A stretch of 64,000 bases of DNA from Ignavibacteria bacterium (GTDB lineage: Bacteria; Bacteroidota; Ignavibacteria; Ch128b), in the NCBI GenBank assembly GCA_013177855.1, contig JABLYA010000001.1, positions 417,231 through 481,230 of the forward strand, read 5' to 3'. Positions 28,991 to 38,774 of this stretch are shown in pieces. Position 1 is the first letter of the stretch. Each line of letters starts with the position of its first letter. The position numbers were made by a program, and so were the translations under genes. Below the pieces are notes generated by a model, which was not told the origin of the DNA, searched no databases, and saw only the letters and a list, made by a program, of their open reading frames with translations.

Positions 28991-29764
28991 TCACTTAATC
29001 TTCAAATGCGATAATGCGAAATCATATTTAACTGGGTCTTCTGCGTCAAACTTTTTTAAGTTTTCTGTAATCTCAACAGCCATATTCCAGGATGGACTTT
29101 TTAATCTTGTCAAATCATAATGCTTAGCTATTTGGTAAATATGTGTATCGAGTGGAATTATTAATTGAGAAGTTCTTATCTCATTCCATAAACCTAAATC
29201 AACATTATCTTTCCTGACCATCCATCTTAAAAATAAATTTATTCTTTTACAGGCACTTCTATTCTCTGGTGATGGGAAAAGAAATTTTATTTTTCTTGAT
29301 TTGGTACCAAGACTTTGCATTTCATTCCTGAGGTATCTTGAGAAAAAAATGATCGCTGTTTTTAAGTTCTTATCTTCACTACTATAATGTTTAAGAAATA
29401 ATTTTTTAAGCGAACCATATTCAGCATAAACCTTATTTAAAGTTTTCATTAAACCAATAAACTCGGAATGAAATAAGAAGCGGTGATTAATTTCAAGATT
29501 TCTTTCCAAGTAAGAAATATAATCAAGGTCAAGAATTCTGTTAAGAGCTGAAGGTAAAAAGATGTTCAGAATTTTTGAGAGAGTTTTGTTGATTTGCTTT
29601 ATATTCCCGAAAGCATATAATGCAGATATGAATGCTAAAATTTCCTGATCAGTTTTATCTTGCTGAATTAAAACATTCCAGACAGGATCATCGGCTGAAT
29701 TTTTTCGATTATATTTTGAGTAAAGATTTTCTAAAAATTTTTTCGTTAACTTTACTTTAGACAC
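28991..29764 (-). CDS. Conserved hypothetical protein (DUF2400/TIGR02757-like)
   Basis: 257 aa. ...INLFLRWMVRKDNVDLGLW...IIPLDTHIYQIA...DPVKYDFALSHL... recalled as DUF2400 signature. 8-nt overlap with pdxJ. Confidence 0.4.
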   Translation of the reverse strand: MSKVKLTKKFLENLYSKYNRKNSADDPVWNVLIQQDKTDQEILAFISALYAFGNIKQINKTLSKILNIFLPSALNRILDLDYISYLERNLEINHRFLFHSEFIGLMKTLNKVYAEYGSLKKLFLKHYSSEDKNLKTAIIFFSRYLRNEMQSLGTKSRKIKFLFPSPENRSACKRINLFLRWMVRKDNVDLGLWNEIRTSQLIIPLDTHIYQIAKHYDLTRLKSPSWNMAVEITENLKKFDAEDPVKYDFALSHLKIK

Positions 29765-30473
29765 CTTTAACCAATCTTACCATTTCTCTTACAGCATTTT
29801 CTAATCCCACGAAAACAGCACGTGCAATAATTGAATGCCCGATGCTTACTTCATCAATTTCTTTAATTTCTCTAAAAGGAATAATATTTAGATAATTTAA
29901 GCCGTGACCAGCATTTACACCGAGATTTAGACTTTTTCCAAATTTTGCAGCTTCTCGGATTTTTTCAAGTTCTTCTAAGGCTTCTTCTTCACTTATTGTA
30001 TTTGCATAAAATCCTGTATGAATCTCAATCATATCAGCATTAGCTTCAGCAGCAGCTTCGATTTGTTCTTTAACTGGATCGACAAATAAACTTACTTCAA
30101 TTTTGTTTGAATGAAGTTCTTTTACAACATCAACAACTCTATCAAAATATTTAACGACATCAAGTCCACCTTCGGTAGTAAGTTCCTGTCTGCGCTCAGG
30201 AACTAAAGTTGCCAGATCTGGTCTTACTTTACATGCAATCGATACAATCTGAGGGTCCATCGACATTTCGAGGTCAAGTTTTGTTTTTACAAGTTCTCGT
30301 AAAAGATAAACATCACGATCATTAATGTGTCTTCTATCTTCCCTTAAATGACAGACAATTCCATCAGCACCTGCAAGTTCACAAATCAACGCAGCAGTAA
30401 CTGGATCTGGTTCAAATTCTCCCCTTGCCTGACGTAGAGTTGCAACGTGGTCAATATTAATACAAAGCCGCAT
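29757..30473 (-). CDS. pdxJ: Pyridoxine 5'-phosphate synthase
   Basis: 238 aa. MRLCINIDHVATLRQARG...CHLREDRRHI...EIHTGFYAN...GVNAGHGL motifs. Confidence 0.9.
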   Translation of the reverse strand: MRLCINIDHVATLRQARGEFEPDPVTAALICELAGADGIVCHLREDRRHINDRDVYLLRELVKTKLDLEMSMDPQIVSIACKVRPDLATLVPERRQELTTEGGLDVVKYFDRVVDVVKELHSNKIEVSLFVDPVKEQIEAAAEANADMIEIHTGFYANTISEEEALEELEKIREAAKFGKSLNLGVNAGHGLNYLNIIPFREIKEIDEVSIGHSIIARAVFVGLENAVREMVRLVKGV

Positions 30474-30692
30474 TTTTTACTCCTTTTTTCTCAAACTTAA
30501 TAATTAGAAGCGATATTTTATGAACAAAATAGGTAGTGAACAATCGTCAAGTTTATATTTTAATAAAGATAGACCTGAAAAATAGTTTTGAAATAAAATT
30601 TAATAGTTAACCAAAAAAATGTGCATTATCTGTACAAGATAAATTTTCAATTCAATTTGTTTAAGGGAATTAATCTCTAATTAGTTTGAATA

Positions 30693-32240
30693 TCAGTTTG
30701 CTTCACCTAAAAATTTTTTTCCATCTTTACTCAAATTTCTAATATACTTCTCAGGATCTTTCATAAATTTCTCATCACATCCTTTGCAGCAAAATCCGTA
30801 AACCTTCCCTTTGTATAAAACCTTTGGTGCATCAGGATCAACTTCTTCTCCCTGAACAGGACAAACTAAATTGAATGGTTTAAGATTTTTATCGGAAACA
30901 TAAACAGGTTTATCATCTTTATTCTTAAAATTTTTAGACTTTGATGCTGTTGAATTTTGATCTTTACTTTCGCTCATTGATGCTTCACGCATACTCGAGT
31001 GTTGATGAGACTGTGAAATTGATTTTAATTCACTTTCAGAATCCAAAAGGAACGAACCAGATACAACTATTTCTTCATTCACTTTTAATCCAGAAATAAC
31101 CTGATAGTAATCACCAAATTTTTCTCCAAGTTTTACTTCTCGGGGTTCAAAAGTATTTTCACCAGATTTAATCCAGACAATATTTTTTTCACCTTTAAAT
31201 AGAACTGCACTTGATGGAATTTTTATTCCTTTACCAAAATTCTTAACAACTGACATTTCACCAAACATATTTGGTTTCAACTTGCCATTTGAGTTATTAA
31301 TGACAGCTCGAACTTTAACGGTTCGTTTTGTTTTGTCAACAATCGGATAAACATAAGAAACAACCCCATAAAAAATCTCGTCAGGTTTTGAATCGATTTT
31401 TATTTTAACTTTATCACCAACCTTCAAATTCCAGATATCATTTTCATAGAATTCACCAATTGCCCACAAACTTGAAAAATCAGCAATATCATATAATACA
31501 TCTCCTTCTCTTACATAATCACCTTCTACAATTTTTTTCTCCAAAACAATTCCATTAAATGGGGAATTAAAATCGATACTAAAATCAATTGATTGCGTCA
31601 ACTCCAGATTTTGAATCTGTCCTTGTGTTAATCCAAGAAGTAATAATTTACTCTTTGCTGATTTCAATAATGAATTTTCTAAAATTGATTTTGAATTACT
31701 TGCAAGCGAAGAATTATTCATTGCAATCAAATATTCATTTTGTGCCTGAATTAAATCGGGGCTGTAAATCTGAAACAATGGCATTCCTTTTTTTACATAA
31801 TCTCCGACTTTATCCACATATAATTTTTCAATTCTTCCATTAAAGCGAGCTGTGATTTTCTTTTTATTTGGTTCAGCAAAATCAAGAATTGCGAAAGCTT
31901 TGATTTCTTTTTCGAGCGGAGAAATTTCCACTTTGATCGTTTTTACATTAGCAAGAATGATCTTCGAATTCGAAAGCATAATCTGATTAATTAAACTATC
32001 CCTCATTTCTTCAGAGTTTGATTTTTTCACAAGATCCATATGACAAATTGGACAAACACCAGGCTTATCAGAAACAACGTTTGGATGCATAGGGCAGTAA
32101 TAAATCTCTTTTGTCTCATGTTGTTCTTTATGATTAACCTCTGCTTTTTCTTTCGAGCAGGAAGTAAAAATGAACGAGGATAAAACAACTAAAAGAATAA
32201 TCAAATTAAAACTTAGCGATTGGATGTTTTTAATTTTCAT
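30693..32240 (-). CDS. cusB: CusB/CzcB-type RND efflux membrane-fusion protein with N-terminal metal-binding and C-terminal YHS-like domain
   Basis: 515 aa. YYCPMHPNVVSDKPGVCPICHMDLV heavy-metal-binding motif, biotinyl/lipoyl hairpin and beta-barrel MFP core. C-terminal KGKVYGFCCKGCDEKFMKDPEKY is YHS-like. Confidence 0.8.
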   Translation of the reverse strand: MKIKNIQSLSFNLIILLVVLSSFIFTSCSKEKAEVNHKEQHETKEIYYCPMHPNVVSDKPGVCPICHMDLVKKSNSEEMRDSLINQIMLSNSKIILANVKTIKVEISPLEKEIKAFAILDFAEPNKKKITARFNGRIEKLYVDKVGDYVKKGMPLFQIYSPDLIQAQNEYLIAMNNSSLASNSKSILENSLLKSAKSKLLLLGLTQGQIQNLELTQSIDFSIDFNSPFNGIVLEKKIVEGDYVREGDVLYDIADFSSLWAIGEFYENDIWNLKVGDKVKIKIDSKPDEIFYGVVSYVYPIVDKTKRTVKVRAVINNSNGKLKPNMFGEMSVVKNFGKGIKIPSSAVLFKGEKNIVWIKSGENTFEPREVKLGEKFGDYYQVISGLKVNEEIVVSGSFLLDSESELKSISQSHQHSSMREASMSESKDQNSTASKSKNFKNKDDKPVYVSDKNLKPFNLVCPVQGEEVDPDAPKVLYKGKVYGFCCKGCDEKFMKDPEKYIRNLSKDGKKFLGEAN

Positions 32241-33535
32241 CTCAAATTCTCCTTATGTAAATTTTGACCTGTTATTTTTTCTAATTCTGCAAAAGACATT
32301 AAATACTCAGAGACAAGCATATAGTATTTCATTTTTTCCATCAATCTCATTCGATTTATCTCAATAATTGAATTGATAGAAACTCTTCCTGTTTCGAATT
32401 CAATTAATTGCGCATTAAATACATTATCATAAGAAGGAATTACTTTTTGTTCATAAAGTTGAATCAAGTCCTTGTTTGAATTAATTGTGAGTAAAAGATT
32501 TTGCACTTCTTTTCTCATTTGATTAATCATATTTGTCTTTTCATATTCAATCGATTTTATTGTATTCTCAAGTTCTTCAATTTTATAAGTGAACTTTTTC
32601 TTTGACCATGGGGCAAAAGGCAAATTGATTGATGTCATTAATCCAAACATTATTTCTTCCCGGCTTCCATCCATAGGCAAGGGATATTTTGTTGTTAAAA
32701 TCATTCCCTTCGGCATTCTCATTATCATCCCGCTGATCATCAGATCAGGGATTAATTCTTTTTCCGTCGCTTTTATTTCGTTCTTATTCATCTCAATCAT
32801 AGATTGCATTGATTTTAATTCAGGGTTAAGACTGAAGATTAAACTATCAAATTGTTCGATGGTGAAGTTTATTGCAGGTAACTTTATTTTTTTGTCCGTA
32901 AAAATTTCTTGCTCAAGATTTTCTCTTCCGATCAGAAAATTTATTTCCTTGATTAATGAGTTTCTCTTACGTTCTAGATTGATTAGTTCAACTTCCCCTT
33001 TGGCAATTTCACTTTGAATAAGAATGAGATCCGACTGATTTGTCCTGTTTATTTGATATAAAAGATCAAGTGAATTCTGAAGTCTTCTCAGTTCTTCCTG
33101 GTTTTCTTTCTGAATCATTATTTCATTTTCAAGTTTCCATAACTCAAAGTATTTCACCTTAATTTTTGTAAGTAAGTCATTCTGAATCTCATCTAATTTA
33201 TTTCTGCTCAATAACAATTCACTCATTGAGACTCTTTGCATTGCATTTATTTTTCCACCGAGAGGTATCATCTGAGATAATGAAATTGTATTTGATAATG
33301 AATTACCTAGTATGTTTGCTCTATCAAAATTAAATTGATTAATCTCAAAACTGAGTACAGGTGATGGCAAAGCTGAATTTTGAATGACCTTGTTTTTCTT
33401 TGCTTCAACAATTAATTGAGATGATTTAAGTATTGGATTTTTAAATAATGCTTCATTCAGCAATGAATCAAGACTCTGTGAAAAAGCATAAAGGTTAAAT
33501 TGAAATAGAAATATCGCCACAAGTTTTAATTTCAT
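32237..33535 (-). CDS. TolC-family outer-membrane efflux protein (CusC-like)
   Basis: 432 aa. Signal peptide, coiled-coil-rich repeats typical of outer-membrane factor proteins. Sits between cusA and cusB with 1-4 nt junctions. Confidence 0.7.
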   Translation of the reverse strand: MKLKLVAIFLFQFNLYAFSQSLDSLLNEALFKNPILKSSQLIVEAKKNKVIQNSALPSPVLSFEINQFNFDRANILGNSLSNTISLSQMIPLGGKINAMQRVSMSELLLSRNKLDEIQNDLLTKIKVKYFELWKLENEIMIQKENQEELRRLQNSLDLLYQINRTNQSDLILIQSEIAKGEVELINLERKRNSLIKEINFLIGRENLEQEIFTDKKIKLPAINFTIEQFDSLIFSLNPELKSMQSMIEMNKNEIKATEKELIPDLMISGMIMRMPKGMILTTKYPLPMDGSREEIMFGLMTSINLPFAPWSKKKFTYKIEELENTIKSIEYEKTNMINQMRKEVQNLLLTINSNKDLIQLYEQKVIPSYDNVFNAQLIEFETGRVSINSIIEINRMRLMEKMKYYMLVSEYLMSFAELEKITGQNLHKENLR

Positions 33536-33536
33536 T

Positions 33537-36500
33537 TCAAGCCTCCTTCATCCAGTCAGACATTTTTGAGAGTTGAAGTTTTCCTTTCTTCAATGCATTT
33601 TCTTTCATAATTGCAAAAAGAATTGGAGTTACAACCAAAACATGTATTGCCGATGTTAGTAATCCTCCGATCATCGGGGCAGTTAAAGGTTTCATTACAT
33701 CAGAGCCTGTACCAGTTGACCACATCACAGGAATCAATCCAACCATACTCGTAAATACAGTCATTAATTTCGGTCTCAATCTTAAAACAGAACCTTCAAT
33801 TGTTGCCTCATAGATATCCTGATTTGTTATCTCACCTCTCTCACCATTTATGTAACTTCGAATTCTTTTATCAAGCGCTTCGTGAAGATATACAACCATC
33901 ACAACACCAGTTTCGACTGCAATCCCATACAAAGCTATAAAACCAACCCAGACAGCAACAGAAAAATTATAACCAAGAATAAAGATCATATACATACCAC
34001 CAATTAATGCAAAAGGGACTGAGAGCATAACAACTGCTGCTTCTTTATAATCTTTCAATGCCAGATAAAGTAAGACATAAATTATAAGAAATACGATTGG
34101 CATAATTATGGCAATTGTTCTCTGTGCACGGATTTTATTTTCATATTGACCACTAAAAGTATAACTATATCCTTCTGGCAATTTTAATTTTTGCTGAATT
34201 AATTTTTTTGCATCTTCAACAACGCTTCCCATATCTCTCCCCCTCGCATTCATAAACACAATCGATCTTAACATTCCATCTTCGCTGCTGATCATAGGAG
34301 GTCCTGTTGTAATCTTTACATCTGCAATCATATTTAAAGGAAGATAGATATTATCACCTTCAAAACTTTCTATTAATGAACTCGATGAATTTGGTTCACT
34401 GGATGAAATCTTACTTATCATATTTCCTGTTTCACCCATTCTCATCAACGCCATAGATTTATTATTTGAGATTGAAGATGCAATCGATGGTTTCATAGAT
34501 TGCATTTCATTTTTATAAACCGGAATAGGAATGATCAAGTTTTTCAAATCCTCGATTTCATCTCTAAAATCTTTCAGGAATCTAACTCTTAAAGGAAAAC
34601 GCATTCTTCCGTCTATTACAACACTAAGATTTTCACCGCCGATTGCTGTTTCAATTATATTTTGAATATCCTGAACATTAATTCCAAATCTTGACGCTGC
34701 ATCTCTTTTAATTGAAATATCCAGATAATATCCATTCTGAACTCTTTCAGCTACAACATCAGCAGCACCTTGAACTTGTTTCAGAATTTGCTCTGCCTGA
34801 ATTGCAAGAAGTTCAAGGGTATCGAGGTTTGTTCCAAAAATCTTTAATCCAATGTCAGTTCTAACACCCGTGCTTAACATATTAATTCGATTAATTATTG
34901 GTTGAGTCCATCCATTTGTTACGCCAGGGATTTGAAGTTTTTGATCAAGTTCCTGAATAATATCATTTTTAGTAATTCCTTTACGCCATTGGTTTTTTGG
35001 TTTGAGGAGAATAATGGTCTCGATCATACTTAAAGGTGCATTGTCTGTTGCAGTTTCTGCCCGCCCAGCTTTACCCAATACATATTCTACCTCAGGAATT
35101 GTTTTAATAATCTTGTCCTGAATTTGTAGAATTTTTGTTACTTCTGTTATTGATACATTTGGTAAAGTCACCGGCATATAAAGGATTGAACCTTCATCCA
35201 GAGGAGGCATAAATTCTGAACCCGTCTTTAAAACCATTGGAATAGTAATCAGCAACGCAATCAGATTAATCGCAATAGTTGTTTTTCTGTGTTTCAAAAC
35301 CCAGTGAATTACCGGTTCATAGATTTGATTAAAAAATTTTGTCACAGGATTTTGATGCTCAAGCTTAAACTTCCCTCGCATTAAAAAGGTCATTAAAACA
35401 GGAATTAAAGAAATTACAACAATTGCTGAACCGAGCATTGCAAATGTTTTTGTGAAAGCAAGAGGTTTAAATAACTTGCCTTCCTGTCCGGTCAGAAGAA
35501 AAACTGGTAAAAATGAAACGAGTATTATTAATTCAGAAAAGAAGATTGCCCTGCCTACCTGCTTTGCTGATTGAATTGAAATTTCCTTGTACTCATTTGA
35601 TGTCAACTCACCTTTTTCATTTAATTTTCTCGCAATGTTTCGATAAGCATTTTCAACCATTACGATTGATGAATCCACAATCACACCAATTGCTAAAATT
35701 ATTCCGCCAAGACTCATAATATTTGATGTAATGTTAAAAACATACATTAGAATAAAAGCTATCAAAACCGAGATAGGAATTTCTATCAAAATTCTTACAA
35801 TACTTCTAAAATGAAGTAGAAAAATCATCACCATCAGTGAAACAGTTATTGCCGCCTCAATCAATGCTCGTTCAAGTGTACCAACAGCCTCTTTTATCAA
35901 TGTGCTTCTATCATAAGATGTTTTTATTTCTACACCTTCCGGCAATCCAATTTTAATTTCCTCAATTTTTTTCTTTACTCTATCAATAACTTCTTTTGCA
36001 TTTCCCCCATTTCGCATCACAACAATTCCACCTACAACCTCACCTTTACCATCTTTTTCAAGCGAACCACGACGAATGTCAGGACCTAACTGAACTACTC
36101 CGATATTTTTAATCAGCACTGGGACCCCATCGCTTCTAATCTTTACAACAGTATTTTCTAATTCTTCTTTAGTATGTATATAACCTTGCCCTCTGACAAA
36201 ATATTCCGCATCGTTTACTTCGATTAATTTTCCACCAACTTCACTATTACTTTTCTGAACTGCAGCAACAACATCTGATACATTGACATCGTAAGCTCTT
36301 AGTTTAATTGGGTCAATATCAACTTGATATTGCTTGACAAAGCCTCCAACACTTGCAACTTCTGCAACACCTTCTACAGCGGCAAGTTTGAATCTTATAT
36401 ACCAGTCTTGAATTGCTCTCAACGTCCCTAAATCGTAATTTTTTCCTTCAACAGTATACCAGAAAATATGTCCAACACCAGTTCCATCTGGTCCAAGGGT

Positions 36501-36911
36501 TGGGGTAACGCCGGCAGGAAATTGTGATTGAATAGTCGAAAGTCTTTCTAAAACTCGATTTCTTGCAAAATAGATATCGACATTATCTTCAAAGATTACG
36601 AAGACAAAAGACATTCCGAACATCGAGGTCGCTCTTACTGCTTTAACTCCAGCAACTCCTTGCAAAGAAGTAACTATTGGATAGGTAACCTGATCCTCAA
36701 CAACTTGCGGTGATCTTCCCATCCATTCAGTGAAAATAATGACTTGGTTTTCTGATAAATCAGGGATAGCGTCGACAGGTAAATTTGCAACTGAGTATAT
36801 TCCAAATCCAACTATTAACAAGTAAAATAAAATAACCAGAAAACGATTTTGCGAACTCCATTCTATAATTTTTTCAATCATTATTAGACTCCTTAATTGA
36901 ATTTTAAACAC
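33537..36911 (-). CDS. cusA: CusA/CzcA-family heavy-metal efflux RND permease with Met/Ser-rich periplasmic insertion
   Basis: 1124 aa, 12-TM RND architecture. N-terminal IEKIIEWSSQNRFLVIL... typical HME-RND. Insertion ...MQSMKPSIASSISNNKSMALMRMGETGNMISKISSSEPNSSSS... at about nt 34400-34600. Confidence 0.85.
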   Translation of the reverse strand: MFKIQLRSLIMIEKIIEWSSQNRFLVILFYLLIVGFGIYSVANLPVDAIPDLSENQVIIFTEWMGRSPQVVEDQVTYPIVTSLQGVAGVKAVRATSMFGMSFVFVIFEDNVDIYFARNRVLERLSTIQSQFPAGVTPTLGPDGTGVGHIFWYTVEGKNYDLGTLRAIQDWYIRFKLAAVEGVAEVASVGGFVKQYQVDIDPIKLRAYDVNVSDVVAAVQKSNSEVGGKLIEVNDAEYFVRGQGYIHTKEELENTVVKIRSDGVPVLIKNIGVVQLGPDIRRGSLEKDGKGEVVGGIVVMRNGGNAKEVIDRVKKKIEEIKIGLPEGVEIKTSYDRSTLIKEAVGTLERALIEAAITVSLMVMIFLLHFRSIVRILIEIPISVLIAFILMYVFNITSNIMSLGGIILAIGVIVDSSIVMVENAYRNIARKLNEKGELTSNEYKEISIQSAKQVGRAIFFSELIILVSFLPVFLLTGQEGKLFKPLAFTKTFAMLGSAIVVISLIPVLMTFLMRGKFKLEHQNPVTKFFNQIYEPVIHWVLKHRKTTIAINLIALLITIPMVLKTGSEFMPPLDEGSILYMPVTLPNVSITEVTKILQIQDKIIKTIPEVEYVLGKAGRAETATDNAPLSMIETIILLKPKNQWRKGITKNDIIQELDQKLQIPGVTNGWTQPIINRINMLSTGVRTDIGLKIFGTNLDTLELLAIQAEQILKQVQGAADVVAERVQNGYYLDISIKRDAASRFGINVQDIQNIIETAIGGENLSVVIDGRMRFPLRVRFLKDFRDEIEDLKNLIIPIPVYKNEMQSMKPSIASSISNNKSMALMRMGETGNMISKISSSEPNSSSSLIESFEGDNIYLPLNMIADVKITTGPPMISSEDGMLRSIVFMNARGRDMGSVVEDAKKLIQQKLKLPEGYSYTFSGQYENKIRAQRTIAIIMPIVFLIIYVLLYLALKDYKEAAVVMLSVPFALIGGMYMIFILGYNFSVAVWVGFIALYGIAVETGVVMVVYLHEALDKRIRSYINGERGEITNQDIYEATIEGSVLRLRPKLMTVFTSMVGLIPVMWSTGTGSDVMKPLTAPMIGGLLTSAIHVLVVTPILFAIMKENALKKGKLQLSKMSDWMKEA

Positions 36912-36956
36912 ACTAATCCACTTTACTTGAATGAAAAAAGCAGAAAATTTCGGAGT

Positions 36957-37403
36957 CTAAATAAGCAGAATTAAATTTATTAGATAGGAAGGTATTTTTT
37001 GTGGTGGTGAATGGGTATTGGTTACTTGAACTTCAAAAGTATTGGTTGTTAATTCAGGAATTGAGGGTAGAAGAAAAGCAACTTGAAGTTGATTAAGTTC
37101 ATTTATTTCAGTCTTTCTTACAATAACATCATCAATTTGATTTGTGGTCTTTACAATATTTTTACAACATGGATCGTCTGAAATATCGTTTATAGAAAGA
37201 TTAAAAGAATTTAAATATATGGCTTCATGATCTTCTTCACACATTCCGCATTCTGATTTAGACAATTGCTTCATCGTATCACAATAATGAAGCACGACGG
37301 TAAAGTTAACATTGGCAATAAAGAAAAGTAAAATCAGAATGCCGATGAGTATATTTTTAAATTGCTTTTTCATCTCATCGAAACTTAAAAAATAATACTT
37401 CAC
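36957..37403 (-). CDS. Small Cys-rich membrane protein, hypothetical (possible metal-binding)
   Basis: 148 aa. TM helix ILIGILILLFFIANV. Cys motifs HYCDTMKQLSKSECGMCEED and DPCCKNI. 45 nt upstream of cusA. Confidence 0.4.
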   Translation of the reverse strand: MKYYFLSFDEMKKQFKNILIGILILLFFIANVNFTVVLHYCDTMKQLSKSECGMCEEDHEAIYLNSFNLSINDISDDPCCKNIVKTTNQIDDVIVRKTEINELNQLQVAFLLPSIPELTTNTFEVQVTNTHSPPQKIPSYLINLILLI

Positions 37404-37430
37404 AAATCAAGCTCTTTATTTATAGTATGT

Positions 37431-37471
37431 GGTTAAAAAACAAAAGCCAGCCATTGTATAGAATGGCTGGC
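37431..37471 (-). terminator. Rho-independent terminator downstream of the cytochrome c lipoprotein gene
   Basis: 10-bp stem GCCAGCCATT/AATGGCTGGC with 6-nt loop, followed on the minus strand by TTTTGTTTTTTAACC. Confidence 0.65.
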
Positions 37472-37487
37472 GATTAAACTTTTTAAT

Positions 37488-37745
37488 TCATCTTTCTTTA
37501 AGAAATTTCAAAATTTCGTTTTCCTGTTCAGCAGTAATTTTTGCTTTATTTCTCATTGAAACAACAATAGTGTCCCATTGAGCAGGAGTGAACTCATTTC
37601 TTACATATAATTTATGACAACCACCACACTTTGAGATATATAACTTTTTGCCTTCAATAAATTGTGTTTCTTCATTATGGATAGAATGTTTTGTACATCC
37701 TGCAAAAATCAAGATTGCAGAAATTATAATTAAAGTTAATTTCAT
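37488..37745 (-). CDS. Small lipoprotein, mono-heme c-type cytochrome-like
   Basis: 85 aa. Lipobox ILIFAGCTKH. Heme-binding CXXCH present as SKCGGCHKLY. Downstream Met in VVSM is a candidate axial ligand. Confidence 0.5.
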   Translation of the reverse strand: MKLTLIIISAILIFAGCTKHSIHNEETQFIEGKKLYISKCGGCHKLYVRNEFTPAQWDTIVVSMRNKAKITAEQENEILKFLKER

Positions 37746-38524
37746 AATTCAATTCCCAGGATGCTCCTAATTTCATATTTCTCATGTCCAATAAGATCTA
37801 GGCGTGAGTTGTTTGTAGAGGTACCATTAATCTGGGCGATTAAATTTATTGTGAAATAAAATTTTTCAGTTTGAAAATTAATTGTTGGTCCCATAAAAAA
37901 TGCCTGGTTTACTTTCTTATCGTAAACATTGGTGAAATTCAGATGATTTCGAAATTCTAATCCCGCTGCAAAATTTGCATTTATCTCATAAGCTAATCCA
38001 CCAGTAATTTCAAATTCTGATTTGGTTGAATTCATTGGGATATTCTTTTCAATCTCTGAATTAAAATTAATCACACCAATAAAATTTGCAGATCGTTTAG
38101 TTAAAAATATTTTAGGTTCGTATTTGACTTTATCACCGCCATAATAAAATTCTGCATAAAGAGTTGGGTCAATAAAATATTCTCCAATTTCAAATAATCT
38201 ATATCGTAATTCGTATGAAGTGGATGTAAAACTTAATGACTTAGGTGGATATAGATTGTTTTTTGATCTGATCTCTTCAAAATTAAAATAAATTGCGGCA
38301 GTTAGTTTATCAGTTACCCCATATTCAAATTCAATTCTGGGCTGCCATTTATAATAATAACCTTGATCTTTTTGAATTTTTCCTGTATTCCAGATCTCGA
38401 GTTCAAGGACTTTTGCAGGAATTGTATAAGATGTATATGAACGAGCAAAATATCTACGATCAGCTCTAAGAACCGAAGATGTAATTATTATTAATACAGC
38501 TGAAAAAATTAAAAAATTGCGCAT
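37742..38524 (-). CDS. Small outer-membrane beta-barrel-like protein, hypothetical
   Basis: 260 aa. Signal peptide, alternating beta-strand pattern, C-terminal aromatic-rich strands. ATGA 4-nt overlap with the downstream cytochrome gene. Confidence 0.4.
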   Translation of the reverse strand: MRNFLIFSAVLIIITSSVLRADRRYFARSYTSYTIPAKVLELEIWNTGKIQKDQGYYYKWQPRIEFEYGVTDKLTAAIYFNFEEIRSKNNLYPPKSLSFTSTSYELRYRLFEIGEYFIDPTLYAEFYYGGDKVKYEPKIFLTKRSANFIGVINFNSEIEKNIPMNSTKSEFEITGGLAYEINANFAAGLEFRNHLNFTNVYDKKVNQAFFMGPTINFQTEKFYFTINLIAQINGTSTNNSRLDLIGHEKYEIRSILGIEL

Positions 38525-38774
38525 TTTTTACTCCTTATTTTTTTATTACTATTTAGACCAAATCTAAATAATTTAAATAAATTTTGCAATAGTAAATTTT
38601 GCACCGATATAAATTTTTCCAGAAAAAGATTTTTCAAATTAAAACAGCTCTGTTAGATTTTTCGGGATATAATAAGATATGGGATTATAAGCATTTTTAG
38701 GAAATTACCTAAAAGTTAATGTGGAGAAATCCCCTGCTGGGATTGATGATCGAATAGAGGTTGAATTTGTTCTA

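Noticed and set aside
38634-38774. Short stem ATCCC-ctgct-GGGAT upstream of the BNR gene
   Set aside because: Only 5 bp, with no flanking T-run and no conservation evidence. Likely chance.
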